Source of the DNA: a virus
Lineage: Duplodnaviria > Caudoviricetes
DNA: 43,853 nucleotides
Strand: one strand, 5' to 3'
IMG/VR virus record: IMGVR_UViG_3300032225_001422
Location: 1-43,853 of that record
The notes under the pieces: model-generated
Database searches by the model: none
The model's input: only the letters and a program-made list of their open reading frames with translations
Told to the model about the DNA's origin: nothing
Shown: in pieces, positions 1-8,563 of the stretch
Numbering within the stretch: the stretch's first letter is position 1
How the letters are laid out: each line of letters opens with the position of its first letter
Program-made: the position numbers and the translations under genes

Positions 1-123
1 GGCCAGCGAGTCGCCCACCTCGCTAACGGCCTCGCTCATCCTTGCGTTACCCGCGATGATGTAGCGGGCCTCCCGTGATGCGCCCTGCGCCACCATTGCG
101 GCGCTCGTGATTTCGTCGGGGCC
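1..123. repeat. Terminal direct repeat, copy 1 (circular assembly overlap)
   Basis: 1-123 is identical to 43731-43853; a minus-strand ORF reads in frame across the join. Confidence 0.95.
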
Positions 124-249
124 GATATCCTCCGGCGGGTGGTCTGCCGCGTACTCAAAGATTCGGGCAACGTGCGCCGCGTGAGCCTCGATAGCCGCAC
201 GCCATGCGGCGCGTGCCTTCGCGCTTGTGTCGGTTGTCGTGTTGTTCAT
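1..249 (-). CDS. Hypothetical protein spanning the circular join (continues 43730..43674)
   Basis: ATG at 249 with AAGGAG SD; MNNTTTDTSAKARAAW...FDAWEATA*; its stop overlaps the next ATG (ATGA at 43674-43677). Confidence 0.75.
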   Translation of the reverse strand, partial: MNNTTTDTSAKARAAWRAAIEAHAAHVARIFEYAADHPPEDIGPDEITSAAMVAQGASREARYIIAGNARMSEAVSEVGDSLA

Positions 250-271
250 ATTGTCGCTCCTTAGCTTCTTG

Positions 272-282
272 GGAAGGGTTGC
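272..282 (-). promoter_or_regulatory. Conserved start-associated leader GCAACCCTTCC (copy 1 of 6)
   Basis: Exact 11-mer shortly upstream of SD and start codon. Confidence 0.75.
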
Positions 283-299
283 ACTATCGGGACTGCATG

Positions 300-348
300 G
301 CCCGCCCCCGGAGTCGAACCGGGGCGCGGCCCCCCGGCGGGGGCGGGC
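300..348 (-). ncRNA. tRNA-like structured element A (closing stem plus T-arm, no anticodon arm)
   Basis: GCCCGCC-18nt-CCCGG TTCGACT CCGGG-GGCGGGC: perfect 7-bp and 5-bp stems, canonical T-loop. Confidence 0.6.
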
Positions 349-360
349 GTGGTGGCGCTG

Positions 361-492
361 CTAGTTCTCCTCGCAGTCGTGGCCGTAGTACCACTCCCCG
401 GCCTGCTCCTCATCGAGAAGGTCGAAGGTGCGCCCGCACTCCGGGCAGGTGGCCGTGGTGGGGATTCGGATGCCGCCGATGTTGATGCTCAT
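361..492 (-). CDS. Small Cys/His (putative Zn-binding) protein, 43 aa, not in the ORF track
   Basis: MSINIGGIRIPTTATCPECGRTFDLLDEEQAGEWYYGHDCEEN*; GGAGG SD and ATGA overlap with upstream gene. Confidence 0.75.
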   Translation of the reverse strand: MSINIGGIRIPTTATCPECGRTFDLLDEEQAGEWYYGHDCEEN

Positions 493-707
493 GCCTGCGC
501 CTCCAGCGCGGCGGCGATGGCGTAAAAGGCCTGATACGCCTGCTCAACCTCCGGAGTGACCATGCCCACCGAAAGGTGGCGGCCACGGTCGCGGATCGCC
601 TCCGCGAGGTTCGCGGCGGCTCCCGCCGTAATCTCCACCTGCTGCGACGACTCACCGGGAGTGTTGTGCAGGATTGAGATGGTCACGCTTGCCGTGCTGT
701 TGCTCAT
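489..707 (-). CDS. Hypothetical protein, first gene of the leftward array
   Basis: AAGGAG SD; directly downstream of a sigma70-type promoter. Confidence 0.75.
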   Translation of the reverse strand: MSNSTASVTISILHNTPGESSQQVEITAGAAANLAEAIRDRGRHLSVGMVTPEVEQAYQAFYAIAAALEAQA

Positions 708-745
708 AGTGTTGCTCCTTCGTTTCGTCGTGCCTTGTGTTGTCC

Positions 746-774
746 ACTATGACGGACGGCGTTTCGTCTGTCAA
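746..774 (-). promoter_or_regulatory. Sigma70/SigA-type promoter for the leftward small-gene array
   Basis: TTGACA-17 nt-CATAGT on the minus strand. Confidence 0.7.
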
Positions 775-995
775 GGGTGACGAGCGAGGCTTAGTAATCC
801 CATAATATTTGTCCCTGTCGGCAGACGCACCTCGGCGGAAGGGTGGCGGAAGGTTGGCCACCTTCCATGACAGACGCACTATGGCAGTAGAAGGGTGGCG
901 GCTACTACGTATGTCGCCACCCTGCCACCCTCGCGACACCTAAGCAAGACTGGCGGAAGAACGGCGGCGAAATCATCACCACGGGATGACCCCAT

Positions 996-1054
996 GCGGG
1001 GAGGTTCGGCGGGCGGGCCTCACTAGGCCCGCCCCGCCCGCCGAACGTCCCCGC
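996..1054. repeat. Long GC-rich inverted repeat (terminator or cruciform)
   Basis: GCGGGGA-G-GTTCGGCGGGCGG...CCGCCCGCCGAAC-G-TCCCCGC. Confidence 0.7.
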
Positions 1055-1408
1055 TAGTCATGGAGTCATCGGGCGTCGCCACCCTGACACCCTCCCCTGT
1101 GGTCGCAAACCGTCCCCATTGCGAACACGACCCCCGGCATACCACTCCTGACCGGTGCTGCTAGCCGATCTGGATACCCCCTGCGAAGCCCTGACAGGCG
1201 ATTCCCGGCCCTTCGGCACTCCCCCCGGGGGGTAGAGGGGGGTAGGGCCGCGGGAATCGGGGCTGGGGTCTTTATATGGGTTCCCTTGCACGCAAAACCA
1301 CGGCCCCAAATTGAAAACACGCATCACGCCACGCAAAACCACACGCAACGCGCTCCGCGAACCGCGAAAACCCCCACCTCACGACCTCAGAACCCAGAAC
1401 TTCAGGCC

Positions 1409-2887
1409 CTAGAACAGCCCCCCGGAGGAAATACGAAGCGCATCCTCGGCGCTGGGGACCACGATCCCTTGCTCAACCCACTCGCGCCACTTCGGAGCGC
1501 CCCGAGAAGCGTCCGTCATGGGAGGAGGAGCAGCCATCAGCGCGTATTCCAGCGCGTCGAGCCTGTGGTCGTCTTTCTTGATGCGCTCATCAGGCCGATC
1601 GCGGTCCACGCGCCCGCCTTCGCGGTATCGCGCTGCGGTGATCGAGTCAATCAGACCCTCGCACCGCCGACAGATGACCAGACCCGGAACGCGGCCTTCG
1701 GTTCCAACGACGCGCATGTTCAAAAGCTGCGCCAACCGCTGATCACGAACCCCCTGCCGCTTTCCCTTGTCGCACGGCGCGATGTAGATGCCCTGACGCG
1801 CGTACTCCTCCATATAGGAGCCAGAGACTCCCCGCTGACGTCCCGCAGGGTCGCCGATCGCCATGACTTCGGTGATCCCGAACCGTGCGCGCATCTCCTT
1901 GACTGCTTGAGCATGTTCCGACGGGTCCGCTTCAGCGCGTCCGTAGTCGGCGAATACGACGATCGGCTCCTCGCCTTCTTCGTCCACCGCCATCCAGACC
2001 ACCGCAGTCTCCACCGCGCGACCGAAGTCCCAGCCTTCAACGATCAGCTTCCCGCGAAGCGAGCCCGCGTCCACGTTATCCACCACGTGAACGTCAGGAT
2101 CGAACTCCACAAATACCTGACCCTCGAACGCGCCCCAATCTCCACGAACGTATGCCGCGTGACGCGCTCCGGTGAACCGAGATGAGATCTCCGCCACATA
2201 CTCCGGGGGCAGATACGGGTTCTCGTCAGTCCGCGCCGCGAACATATCGAAGCCCTTGCTTCGCTTGCCGCGAGTCCCGGGCGGAACGAAGTTTCGACGG
2301 ATGAAGTTCGACGGACCCGGGTTACAGGTGATCCAGATGCGAAGCGGTCCTGAGACCCTGACCTCGATCTCCTTCCCCGCCACGGTCCTCTTGGAGATCG
2401 TCTTGCCTTCTGGGTTCGGAGTACCGCGCAGACGACCGGCGCCCAGCATCTCGTACACCTCGTCTGCGACCTCTGACCCCTCGTCAATATAAACCCAGTC
2501 AGGCTCGACTCCGAGGAAGTTCTGCTCGCTCTTGGCGTTACGGAACATGATCTCCGAACCGTTCCAGAACGTCACGTGCGGCGGCGACGAGGCAGCCTTG
2601 CCGCCAGTGATCTTCACGAGTCCCGCTTCGACGAGCCCCGTCATCTCGATCTCGCGCATGAAGGTTCGCCACGTGGAGTCCATCAGTGGGCGGTACTCCT
2701 TACGCCCGATGATCCCGAGACTCTTGGGGTACTCGATCGCGACACGGATCGCTTCGCGAGATCCCGCCTTGGTCTTACCGGCGCCAACCGCCCCAGCGTA
2801 GAGCCGCCACTTCGCGGTGGAAGTGTGGAACGCGGTCTGCGCAGGAAGTGGGTCGTACCCGCGCCAGATGTCAACGGCTTCGCTCAA
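1409..2887 (-). CDS. terL: Terminase large subunit
   Basis: Walker A YAGAVGAGKT, Walker B YIDE, TCNP coupling motif, nuclease GWDFG, GDPAG, DDHRLDALEY. Confidence 0.93.
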   Translation of the reverse strand: MSEAVDIWRGYDPLPAQTAFHTSTAKWRLYAGAVGAGKTKAGSREAIRVAIEYPKSLGIIGRKEYRPLMDSTWRTFMREIEMTGLVEAGLVKITGGKAASSPPHVTFWNGSEIMFRNAKSEQNFLGVEPDWVYIDEGSEVADEVYEMLGAGRLRGTPNPEGKTISKRTVAGKEIEVRVSGPLRIWITCNPGPSNFIRRNFVPPGTRGKRSKGFDMFAARTDENPYLPPEYVAEISSRFTGARHAAYVRGDWGAFEGQVFVEFDPDVHVVDNVDAGSLRGKLIVEGWDFGRAVETAVVWMAVDEEGEEPIVVFADYGRAEADPSEHAQAVKEMRARFGITEVMAIGDPAGRQRGVSGSYMEEYARQGIYIAPCDKGKRQGVRDQRLAQLLNMRVVGTEGRVPGLVICRRCEGLIDSITAARYREGGRVDRDRPDERIKKDDHRLDALEYALMAAPPPMTDASRGAPKWREWVEQGIVVPSAEDALRISSGGLF

Positions 2888-2963
2888 GTACGCATAGCAT
2901 AGACATCCGTGGGCATGAATATGCTTATATTCACTCTGACGTCAAGAGGGGGCTCCGCCAGCG

Positions 2964-3431
2964 ATGGCTTATCAGTGGGTTGAAGTTCCAAACCATCTTC
3001 CGCGCAAGTGTCCGCTGACCGGAAACTCGACGCCCGACGCCGGTCCCTACCTTGAGACCGACTTCCGGTACTTCGACCCGGACCCCAACGCAGCGGCGAC
3101 CGGGCAGATGCGGCTCAACACCCTCTACCTCTCGACCGAGATCCTTCGCTTCGCGCTCGGTCTCGACGGTTCCCCGTTCGCGAACCTCACGAACAGGGAC
3201 TACGCGCTCCTCCTCGCAGATGTGAAGGACAAGGAGCAGCAGATCGCGACGCTCTCAGCCCGCGTCGCCGAGCTGGAAGCGGGCGCTCCAGTGACCGTGG
3301 ATCAGGACACTCTCCTCCGCTTGCTCCAGAGCGGCACTGAGACTTCGCCCGCTTCCAGCGCCCCCTCATCCCACGACCCCGACGACGACCAGTCGCCGCG
3401 ACAGGTCACGAAGAAGAAGGCCGCAGCATGA
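2964..3431 (+). CDS. Hypothetical protein with coiled coil
   Basis: First gene of the rightward operon; ATGA overlap with next gene. Confidence 0.65.
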   Translation: MAYQWVEVPNHLPRKCPLTGNSTPDAGPYLETDFRYFDPDPNAAATGQMRLNTLYLSTEILRFALGLDGSPFANLTNRDYALLLADVKDKEQQIATLSARVAELEAGAPVTVDQDTLLRLLQSGTETSPASSAPSSHDPDDDQSPRQVTKKKAAA

Positions 3432-3634
3432 ACCCCTACCGCCTCCCTCCCGCCGCCGTCGAGCGCTACAAGCAGATGATGGCCGCGCAGCCGGTTCAGA
3501 TGGTTCCCCTGCCTCCTCCCCCGCCGCGCTTCCCGACGCCGGGTCGCATGGACGGCGTTCGCTCGTTCTTCCCGAAGGGCGGCTCTGGCATGGCGACGAT
3601 GATGGGGATTCCCGCCATGTTCGGCGGTCGCTAG
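3428..3634 (+). CDS. Small Pro/Met/Gly-rich hypothetical protein
   Basis: Coupled ORF in operon. Confidence 0.55.
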   Translation: MNPYRLPPAAVERYKQMMAAQPVQMVPLPPPPPRFPTPGRMDGVRSFFPKGGSGMATMMGIPAMFGGR

Positions 3635-3638
3635 CAGC

Positions 3639-4208
3639 ATGAGCGCGCTTGGGGACAAGTTGAACGACTGCCTCGCAGAAGCGACGGTCCTCTACTACCG
3701 CACGCACGCCGCCCACTGGAACGTGACCGGCGACGACTTCCCGCAGTTCCACGAGTTCTTCGAGGACATCTACAAAGACATCTGGAAGTCCCTCGACTCA
3801 TACGCCGAGAACCTTCGCAGGCTCGGTGAGTTCCCAGTCTCATCCATCGGTGAGATCGCATCGAAGGCGAAGGGGCCAAATGGCGTCGTCAACGACGATC
3901 AGGCGCTCCTCAAGGAACTGATCGCGCTCAACGATGGCGTCATCAAGTGCATCGGCGAGGCGTATCACGCAGCGCAAGCGGCGGACGAGCAGGGGGTCTC
4001 CAATTTCCTCGCCGACCGCGATTCCATGCACAAGAAGTGGCGCTGGCAGATGACTGCATCACTTGAGAGCGCAAGCGACGCCGCAGAGCCGAGCGACGCA
4101 AAGCCCGAGCCCGCGAAGCCCACGATGGCTCCGCGCAAGAAGAACCCGGCGCTCGATGCCGTGGCCCCTGTGACCGTCCGTCCTCCGGCGATCAAGGTTG
4201 GGTCGTAG
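3639..4208 (+). CDS. dps: Dps family (ferritin-like) protein
   Basis: HAAHWNVTGDDFPQFHEFFEDIY...DSYAENLRRLG...HKKWRWQM matches the Dps signature; Pro/Lys-rich C-terminal tail. Confidence 0.85.
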   Translation: MSALGDKLNDCLAEATVLYYRTHAAHWNVTGDDFPQFHEFFEDIYKDIWKSLDSYAENLRRLGEFPVSSIGEIASKAKGPNGVVNDDQALLKELIALNDGVIKCIGEAYHAAQAADEQGVSNFLADRDSMHKKWRWQMTASLESASDAAEPSDAKPEPAKPTMAPRKKNPALDAVAPVTVRPPAIKVGS

Positions 4209-4210
4209 AT

Positions 4211-4609
4211 ATGGCACCTCCCATGTACAGCATCGGGCAGCTTCAGCAGATGGGCTATTCGCCGCAGGAGATCAACAAGGTCATCTACAGCCGACGCGGT
4301 TTCAAGTCGCCGCTTGTTCAGCCTAACGGTGCGCTTACCACGATTCGCGCAGTTGGGCTTCAGATTCCAGATGGTCCAAACGCCGGTAAGGAAGTCTCGG
4401 TCCCCTCGTACATTCATACTGGCGCTGGCGGTCAGGTCGTCAATGACCCTCGCAAGCTTTACGCCATTTGGAAGGGCGACATCAACCGCGGGCGTTGGCC
4501 GATTTACGACAACGCCGCAATGCTTACCCAGCGTGATCGCCTTCTTGAGAACAACGTCATGCAGCGCGACGCCGCTTACTGGCAAGCGACGCATCCGGCG
4601 GTGAGGTAA
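4211..4609 (+). CDS. Hypothetical protein
   Basis: Tightly packed ORF in operon. Confidence 0.6.
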   Translation: MAPPMYSIGQLQQMGYSPQEINKVIYSRRGFKSPLVQPNGALTTIRAVGLQIPDGPNAGKEVSVPSYIHTGAGGQVVNDPRKLYAIWKGDINRGRWPIYDNAAMLTQRDRLLENNVMQRDAAYWQATHPAVR

Positions 4610-4986
4610 TGGCATACGGGAACAGCACAACTCAGGGCGATGCCGGTGGCGCGGTTTGGCCGTACTCTCGCGACCCTCGTTCCCCTAACCGTCCCCCTTT
4701 CCTTCCGCAGGCGCCGCTTATTGCAAGCACCGTTCCAACGCCGTTTGGCCCTGCTCCCATCATCCGTCGTGCCGTACCCGGAGATAGCGTTCATCACCCC
4801 ATTAACGGCCTTGATATGGGGCAGGCGCTCAATCTCTACTACGGGCGCAATCAGGGTGCTACCGGCCCAATGGATTCGCGTGCTTCGGCGGTTCGGATGC
4901 CCGTCGCCCCTCCTCGCAGCCCGGCGCGAAGCAACATGCCGGTTCGTCGCGGGCCATACATGTATCCACTTGGAGCGACGGCCTAA
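4609..4986 (+). CDS. Pro-rich hypothetical protein
   Basis: TAATG overlaps at both ends. Confidence 0.55.
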   Translation: MAYGNSTTQGDAGGAVWPYSRDPRSPNRPPFLPQAPLIASTVPTPFGPAPIIRRAVPGDSVHHPINGLDMGQALNLYYGRNQGATGPMDSRASAVRMPVAPPRSPARSNMPVRRGPYMYPLGATA

Positions 4987-5198
4987 TGCCCGCCGTATCG
5001 CAGGCTCAGTTCAAGTTCATGGCCGCGGTCGCAAGCGGAAAGATCAAGCGTCCCGGCCTGACGCCCGACAAGGCGCGCGAGTTCCTTGACAAGAGTAAGG
5101 GGACGTTCAAGAACCTCCCCGGCCACGTGAAAAGTGGCAAGCCCGTCAACGGCGCAGCGCTTCTCGCCGCCTATCGCAAGAAGAAAGCTGTCAAGTGA
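4986..5198 (+). CDS. Small basic phage protein (MPAxSxAQxxFM type)
   Basis: MPAVSQAQFKFMAAVASG...AREF resembles a recurrent small phage protein N-terminus. Confidence 0.7.
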   Translation: MPAVSQAQFKFMAAVASGKIKRPGLTPDKAREFLDKSKGTFKNLPGHVKSGKPVNGAALLAAYRKKKAVK

Positions 5199-5503
5199 AC
5201 GGCTTGGGAAACATCAAGCGTCTAATTCCGGCGATTCCTCGAAATCTTGCACCAATGTCGCCGTTTGGCGATAAGTACAATTTTCGCCGACCGTCGCAAT
5301 GGTCGCAGCTTGTCAATAAAACGCGCCTTCCAAGCGAACCACATTGGCCCGTTGACGACGATCCGTCGAAGCGTCCAGATCATTCACGGATGCCGCGCTC
5401 TGAGTACCCCTACGCACCGAAAAACCCCGCAGGAGTTGTGCCGTCGAAGCCTCTTGGCGGAACTCGTTATACGGGGCACAAGCGAACGGTGTGGTCAGCA
5501 TGA
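5195..5503 (+). CDS. Hypothetical protein
   Basis: GTGA/ATGA overlaps with neighbours. Confidence 0.5.
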   Translation: MNGLGNIKRLIPAIPRNLAPMSPFGDKYNFRRPSQWSQLVNKTRLPSEPHWPVDDDPSKRPDHSRMPRSEYPYAPKNPAGVVPSKPLGGTRYTGHKRTVWSA

Positions 5504-5763
5504 TTGCCGCCGTCATTGCTCTCGGGGTTGTGGCGCTCGCGCAGTTGGCGCTCTTTGTCTGGGTGCTTCAGACCGCAGCGGTCGAGCGCGACCGCCTTCT
5601 CGATCGTATTCAGGCACCAGACGCTCCGCGCCTTGCTGCCATCGCCGAGACCTTCGAGCCGGACGGACGGGAGTTCCCGAAGGCCGACGACATCGCCGCT
5701 CCTGTGGAGATCACATGGGACGACGACCTTCAACTGATCAACTCTGAGGAGTACGCAAACTAA
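5500..5763 (+). CDS. Small membrane-anchored protein
   Basis: Hydrophobic N-terminus, acidic C-terminus. Confidence 0.6.
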   Translation: MIAAVIALGVVALAQLALFVWVLQTAAVERDRLLDRIQAPDAPRLAAIAETFEPDGREFPKADDIAAPVEITWDDDLQLINSEEYAN

Positions 5764-6041
5764 TGGCCGTGACGAACACCGCCGTAACCGTCGCGACCAC
5801 CGCGACCTCGCTGGCCGCACCGGACCCGCTGCGTCGGCGCATCCTGATCCACAACCCGAACTCAACCACCGTCTATGTCGGCGGCGCAGGTGTGACGACC
5901 GCAAACGGACACCCGCTGCTTCAGAACACGACGCTTGAGATCGTGCAGCAGCACCGCGAGGACAGCGTTCCCAAGCAGGCGTGGTACGGCATCGTCGCGA
6001 CCGGCACGCAGGTTCTTCGTGTGACGACGGCGGGTAACTAG
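5763..6041 (+). CDS. Putative small virion structural protein
   Basis: GAGGAG SD; Thr/Val-rich; RRRILIHN..VYVG..VTTANG motif. Confidence 0.65.
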   Translation: MAVTNTAVTVATTATSLAAPDPLRRRILIHNPNSTTVYVGGAGVTTANGHPLLQNTTLEIVQQHREDSVPKQAWYGIVATGTQVLRVTTAGN

Positions 6042-6043
6042 GT

Positions 6044-6454
6044 GTGGGAAGCGCGTCCCTCTACTTGGAGAACAAGCTTCTTGACTTCCTGCTCGGAGGA
6101 GGCTCCTACACGCCGCCTTCGACTGTCTATGTGGGCCTCTGGAATCAGGCGCTCTCAGACCCGTCGTCAGGCGCTTCGCCCGGAGAGGTCTCCGCGGCTG
6201 AATACGCACGGGTGGCTGTTCCCAACAACGCAACCAACTGGCCCGCTTCGTCATCTGGGACGAAGGCAAACGCGCTCGCTGTCGTTTTTCCGACTGCTGC
6301 TTCTGAATGGGGGACGGTGACGACGGTGGCAATTCTCGACGCCGCAACTAGCGGCCATGTTCTTTTCTACGCAACCCCTGCACCGGTTGTGAGTGTGTCG
6401 AAGTACGACACCCTCATCTTCAAGCCGGGCGAAATCTCACTTCGACTGGACTGA
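6044..6454 (+). CDS. Putative tail fibre-associated structural protein
   Basis: YLENKLLD..YTPP..EVS..YARVAV..FPTA..WGTVT..DAATSG pattern typical of phage tail-associated proteins. Confidence 0.65.
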   Translation: MGSASLYLENKLLDFLLGGGSYTPPSTVYVGLWNQALSDPSSGASPGEVSAAEYARVAVPNNATNWPASSSGTKANALAVVFPTAASEWGTVTTVAILDAATSGHVLFYATPAPVVSVSKYDTLIFKPGEISLRLD

Positions 6455-6463
6455 GGACCCTAG

Positions 6464-6919
6464 ATGGCGGTTACTTCCTACTGGTATGGCAAGGCTCTTG
6501 AGGGGCAGTATTCATCCACTGCGGCGCGCCGCGTGGATTGGGTGACGGACACGATCAAGGTCGCGCTCTGCACCTCCACCTACTCGCCGAATCAGGACAC
6601 CAACACCTACTACTCAGATCTGACGAACGAGGTTTCGTCGTCTGGCACCGGCTACACGACTGGCGGCGCGACGCTCGGAACCAAGAGCACCAACTACGAC
6701 GCAACGTCAAACGTGCTTTCGCTTCGTGCCGCGACCTCAACGTGGTCGTCTGCGACGTTCACCTGCCGTTATGCGGTTGTCTATAAGGACACCGGAGTTG
6801 CGGGAACCTCTCCGCTTCTTGGGTACGTGAACTTTGGCGGCGACGAAACGGTGACTTCGGGAACCTTCTCGATCGCATGGGACACCACGGATGGCGTCCT
6901 CAAGATCACGGCTTCGTAG
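6464..6919 (+). CDS. Putative structural protein
   Basis: DTIKVAL..NEVS..GYTTGG.TL..RYAVVY..L.GYVNFG motif. Confidence 0.65.
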   Translation: MAVTSYWYGKALEGQYSSTAARRVDWVTDTIKVALCTSTYSPNQDTNTYYSDLTNEVSSSGTGYTTGGATLGTKSTNYDATSNVLSLRAATSTWSSATFTCRYAVVYKDTGVAGTSPLLGYVNFGGDETVTSGTFSIAWDTTDGVLKITAS

Positions 6920-6929
6920 GGACTGAGCG

Positions 6930-7460
6930 ATGGCAGATAACGTCACGCTCAACGCAATGTCCGGTGGCTCGACCGTTGCCGCCGATGAAGTCACCGACGG
7001 CACGCTTGGAACAGTCAAGGTCCAGTATGTGAAGCTGATGGACGGGACGCTTGACGGCAGCGGCAAGGCTGCCGTTGACGCGACCTACGGGCTCGCCGTT
7101 GACATCAAGCGCACCGTCAACGTGGTTCTTGGCGCTGGCGCCAGTACCGTTGGCGCAGTCACTCAAGCCTCTGGTCCGTGGACTGTCGTCGAGCGCGGCG
7201 CGACCATCGCGCACGGGCAGGGTTCGGTGACTACCTCCGCAGCGCAGTTTCTCGCCTCTGGCTCCACGCGCCGCTCGGTGACGATCCAGAACCTCGGAAA
7301 CGACTACGTGTACATCGGCGCAACTGGCATCACCGCGAATAACGGGATTCGCCTGTCGCCGGGGCAGACGCTTGTGATTGACAAGAGTCCAAACGCCGCA
7401 ATCTTCGCGATTGCCTCTAGCGGTACGCAGACCTGTTCGTACCTCACGGAGAGTGACTGA
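6930..7460 (+). CDS. Putative structural protein
   Basis: C-terminal half resembles the product of 5763..6041. Confidence 0.6.
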   Translation: MADNVTLNAMSGGSTVAADEVTDGTLGTVKVQYVKLMDGTLDGSGKAAVDATYGLAVDIKRTVNVVLGAGASTVGAVTQASGPWTVVERGATIAHGQGSVTTSAAQFLASGSTRRSVTIQNLGNDYVYIGATGITANNGIRLSPGQTLVIDKSPNAAIFAIASSGTQTCSYLTESD

Positions 7461-8563
7461 TGTCGCAGATCGGTGGCGCATACGTCACTTCGGTTCCTGC
7501 CGTTCCGGTCGGTTCCTTGCAGGCATACGCAGGCTCGTCGGCCCCGACCGGCTGGCTGCTCTGTGATGGGTCTGCGGTTTCGCGCAGCACTTACTCCAAC
7601 TTGTTCTCCACCGTTGGCACGACGTTCGGATCAGGCGACGGGTCCACGACGTTCAACGTGCCGGATATGCGCGGTCGCCATCCCATCGGGGCTGGCACAG
7701 GGGCGCAGCAGGGCGGGTCCGGGACTGGCGCGATTAGCGGCGGGACCGCGCTTACTGCGCGTTCGCTAGGTGCGTTCGGCGGTGACGAGCGTATGCAGGA
7801 TCACACGCACCTTACGCCGGGAAGTCGTCTTAGCACCCTCTATAACGCTGGCGGTAGTCCCCTAAATGGGTGGAATGCCCCGACTATTTCCGGCGACCCA
7901 ACCGGCAATCCAACCAACGCGGGCGGCTCAGGCGGCAACATGTCGCCCTTCGTGGTGACGAACTACATCATCAAGGCGATCCCCGACACGCCTCGCGGCG
8001 GAATGACCGCGACCTACACGCCGCCGATTGTCATCACGCTTCCCGCGTCGCCATCGTTTGGGGATCAGGTGATCTACGCCGCCGACGCGACGAACGGCGT
8101 GTACTGGCTCTTGCAGTACGACGCGAGTGGGACATACCCGTGGAAGTTCATTGGTGGTGCGCCCCTCACCGCCAGCGCGGTGGGCACCTACTCGTCACCG
8201 GCCACGGGATCAACAAGTAGCTATGTCAACAGCGGCCTGAGCGGTTCTCCGACGATTACGGCTCCACTCGCTGGCGACTACATCACTCTCGTCAACGCAA
8301 GCGCCAAGACGAGCAACTCCTCACCAGCGCCGGGAGTCTTCATCTCATACGCAAGCGCCGTGCCGGGCAGTTGGGATGGCTCAGACTCGCTTGCAAGCGG
8401 CGGGGCGGGGTCGAGTTACGTTCTCGGCGCACAGAAGCGGGGGACGGTAACTGCCGCCAGTCAGACGATTGCGCTTGTCTGGACTAACGCGAACATAGGC
8501 GGAACTGTCTCGTTCTACAGCATCTACATGAGCGCGACACCAATCCGCGTCAAGGCTGCCTAA
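7460..8563 (+). CDS. Tail fibre protein with phage tail collar domain
   Basis: PVGSLQAYAGSSAPTGWLLCDGSAVSRSTYSNLF..GDGSTTFNVPDMRGR...NYIIKA. Confidence 0.88.
   Translation: MSQIGGAYVTSVPAVPVGSLQAYAGSSAPTGWLLCDGSAVSRSTYSNLFSTVGTTFGSGDGSTTFNVPDMRGRHPIGAGTGAQQGGSGTGAISGGTALTARSLGAFGGDERMQDHTHLTPGSRLSTLYNAGGSPLNGWNAPTISGDPTGNPTNAGGSGGNMSPFVVTNYIIKAIPDTPRGGMTATYTPPIVITLPASPSFGDQVIYAADATNGVYWLLQYDASGTYPWKFIGGAPLTASAVGTYSSPATGSTSSYVNSGLSGSPTITAPLAGDYITLVNASAKTSNSSPAPGVFISYASAVPGSWDGSDSLASGGAGSSYVLGAQKRGTVTAASQTIALVWTNANIGGTVSFYSIYMSATPIRVKAA

Noticed and set aside
1-123. Biological direct terminal repeat
   Set aside because: It falls in the middle of a gene, so it is more likely the assembler's circular overlap
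1286-2185. 299-aa plus-strand ORF
   Set aside because: Antisense to terL, no SD or motifs
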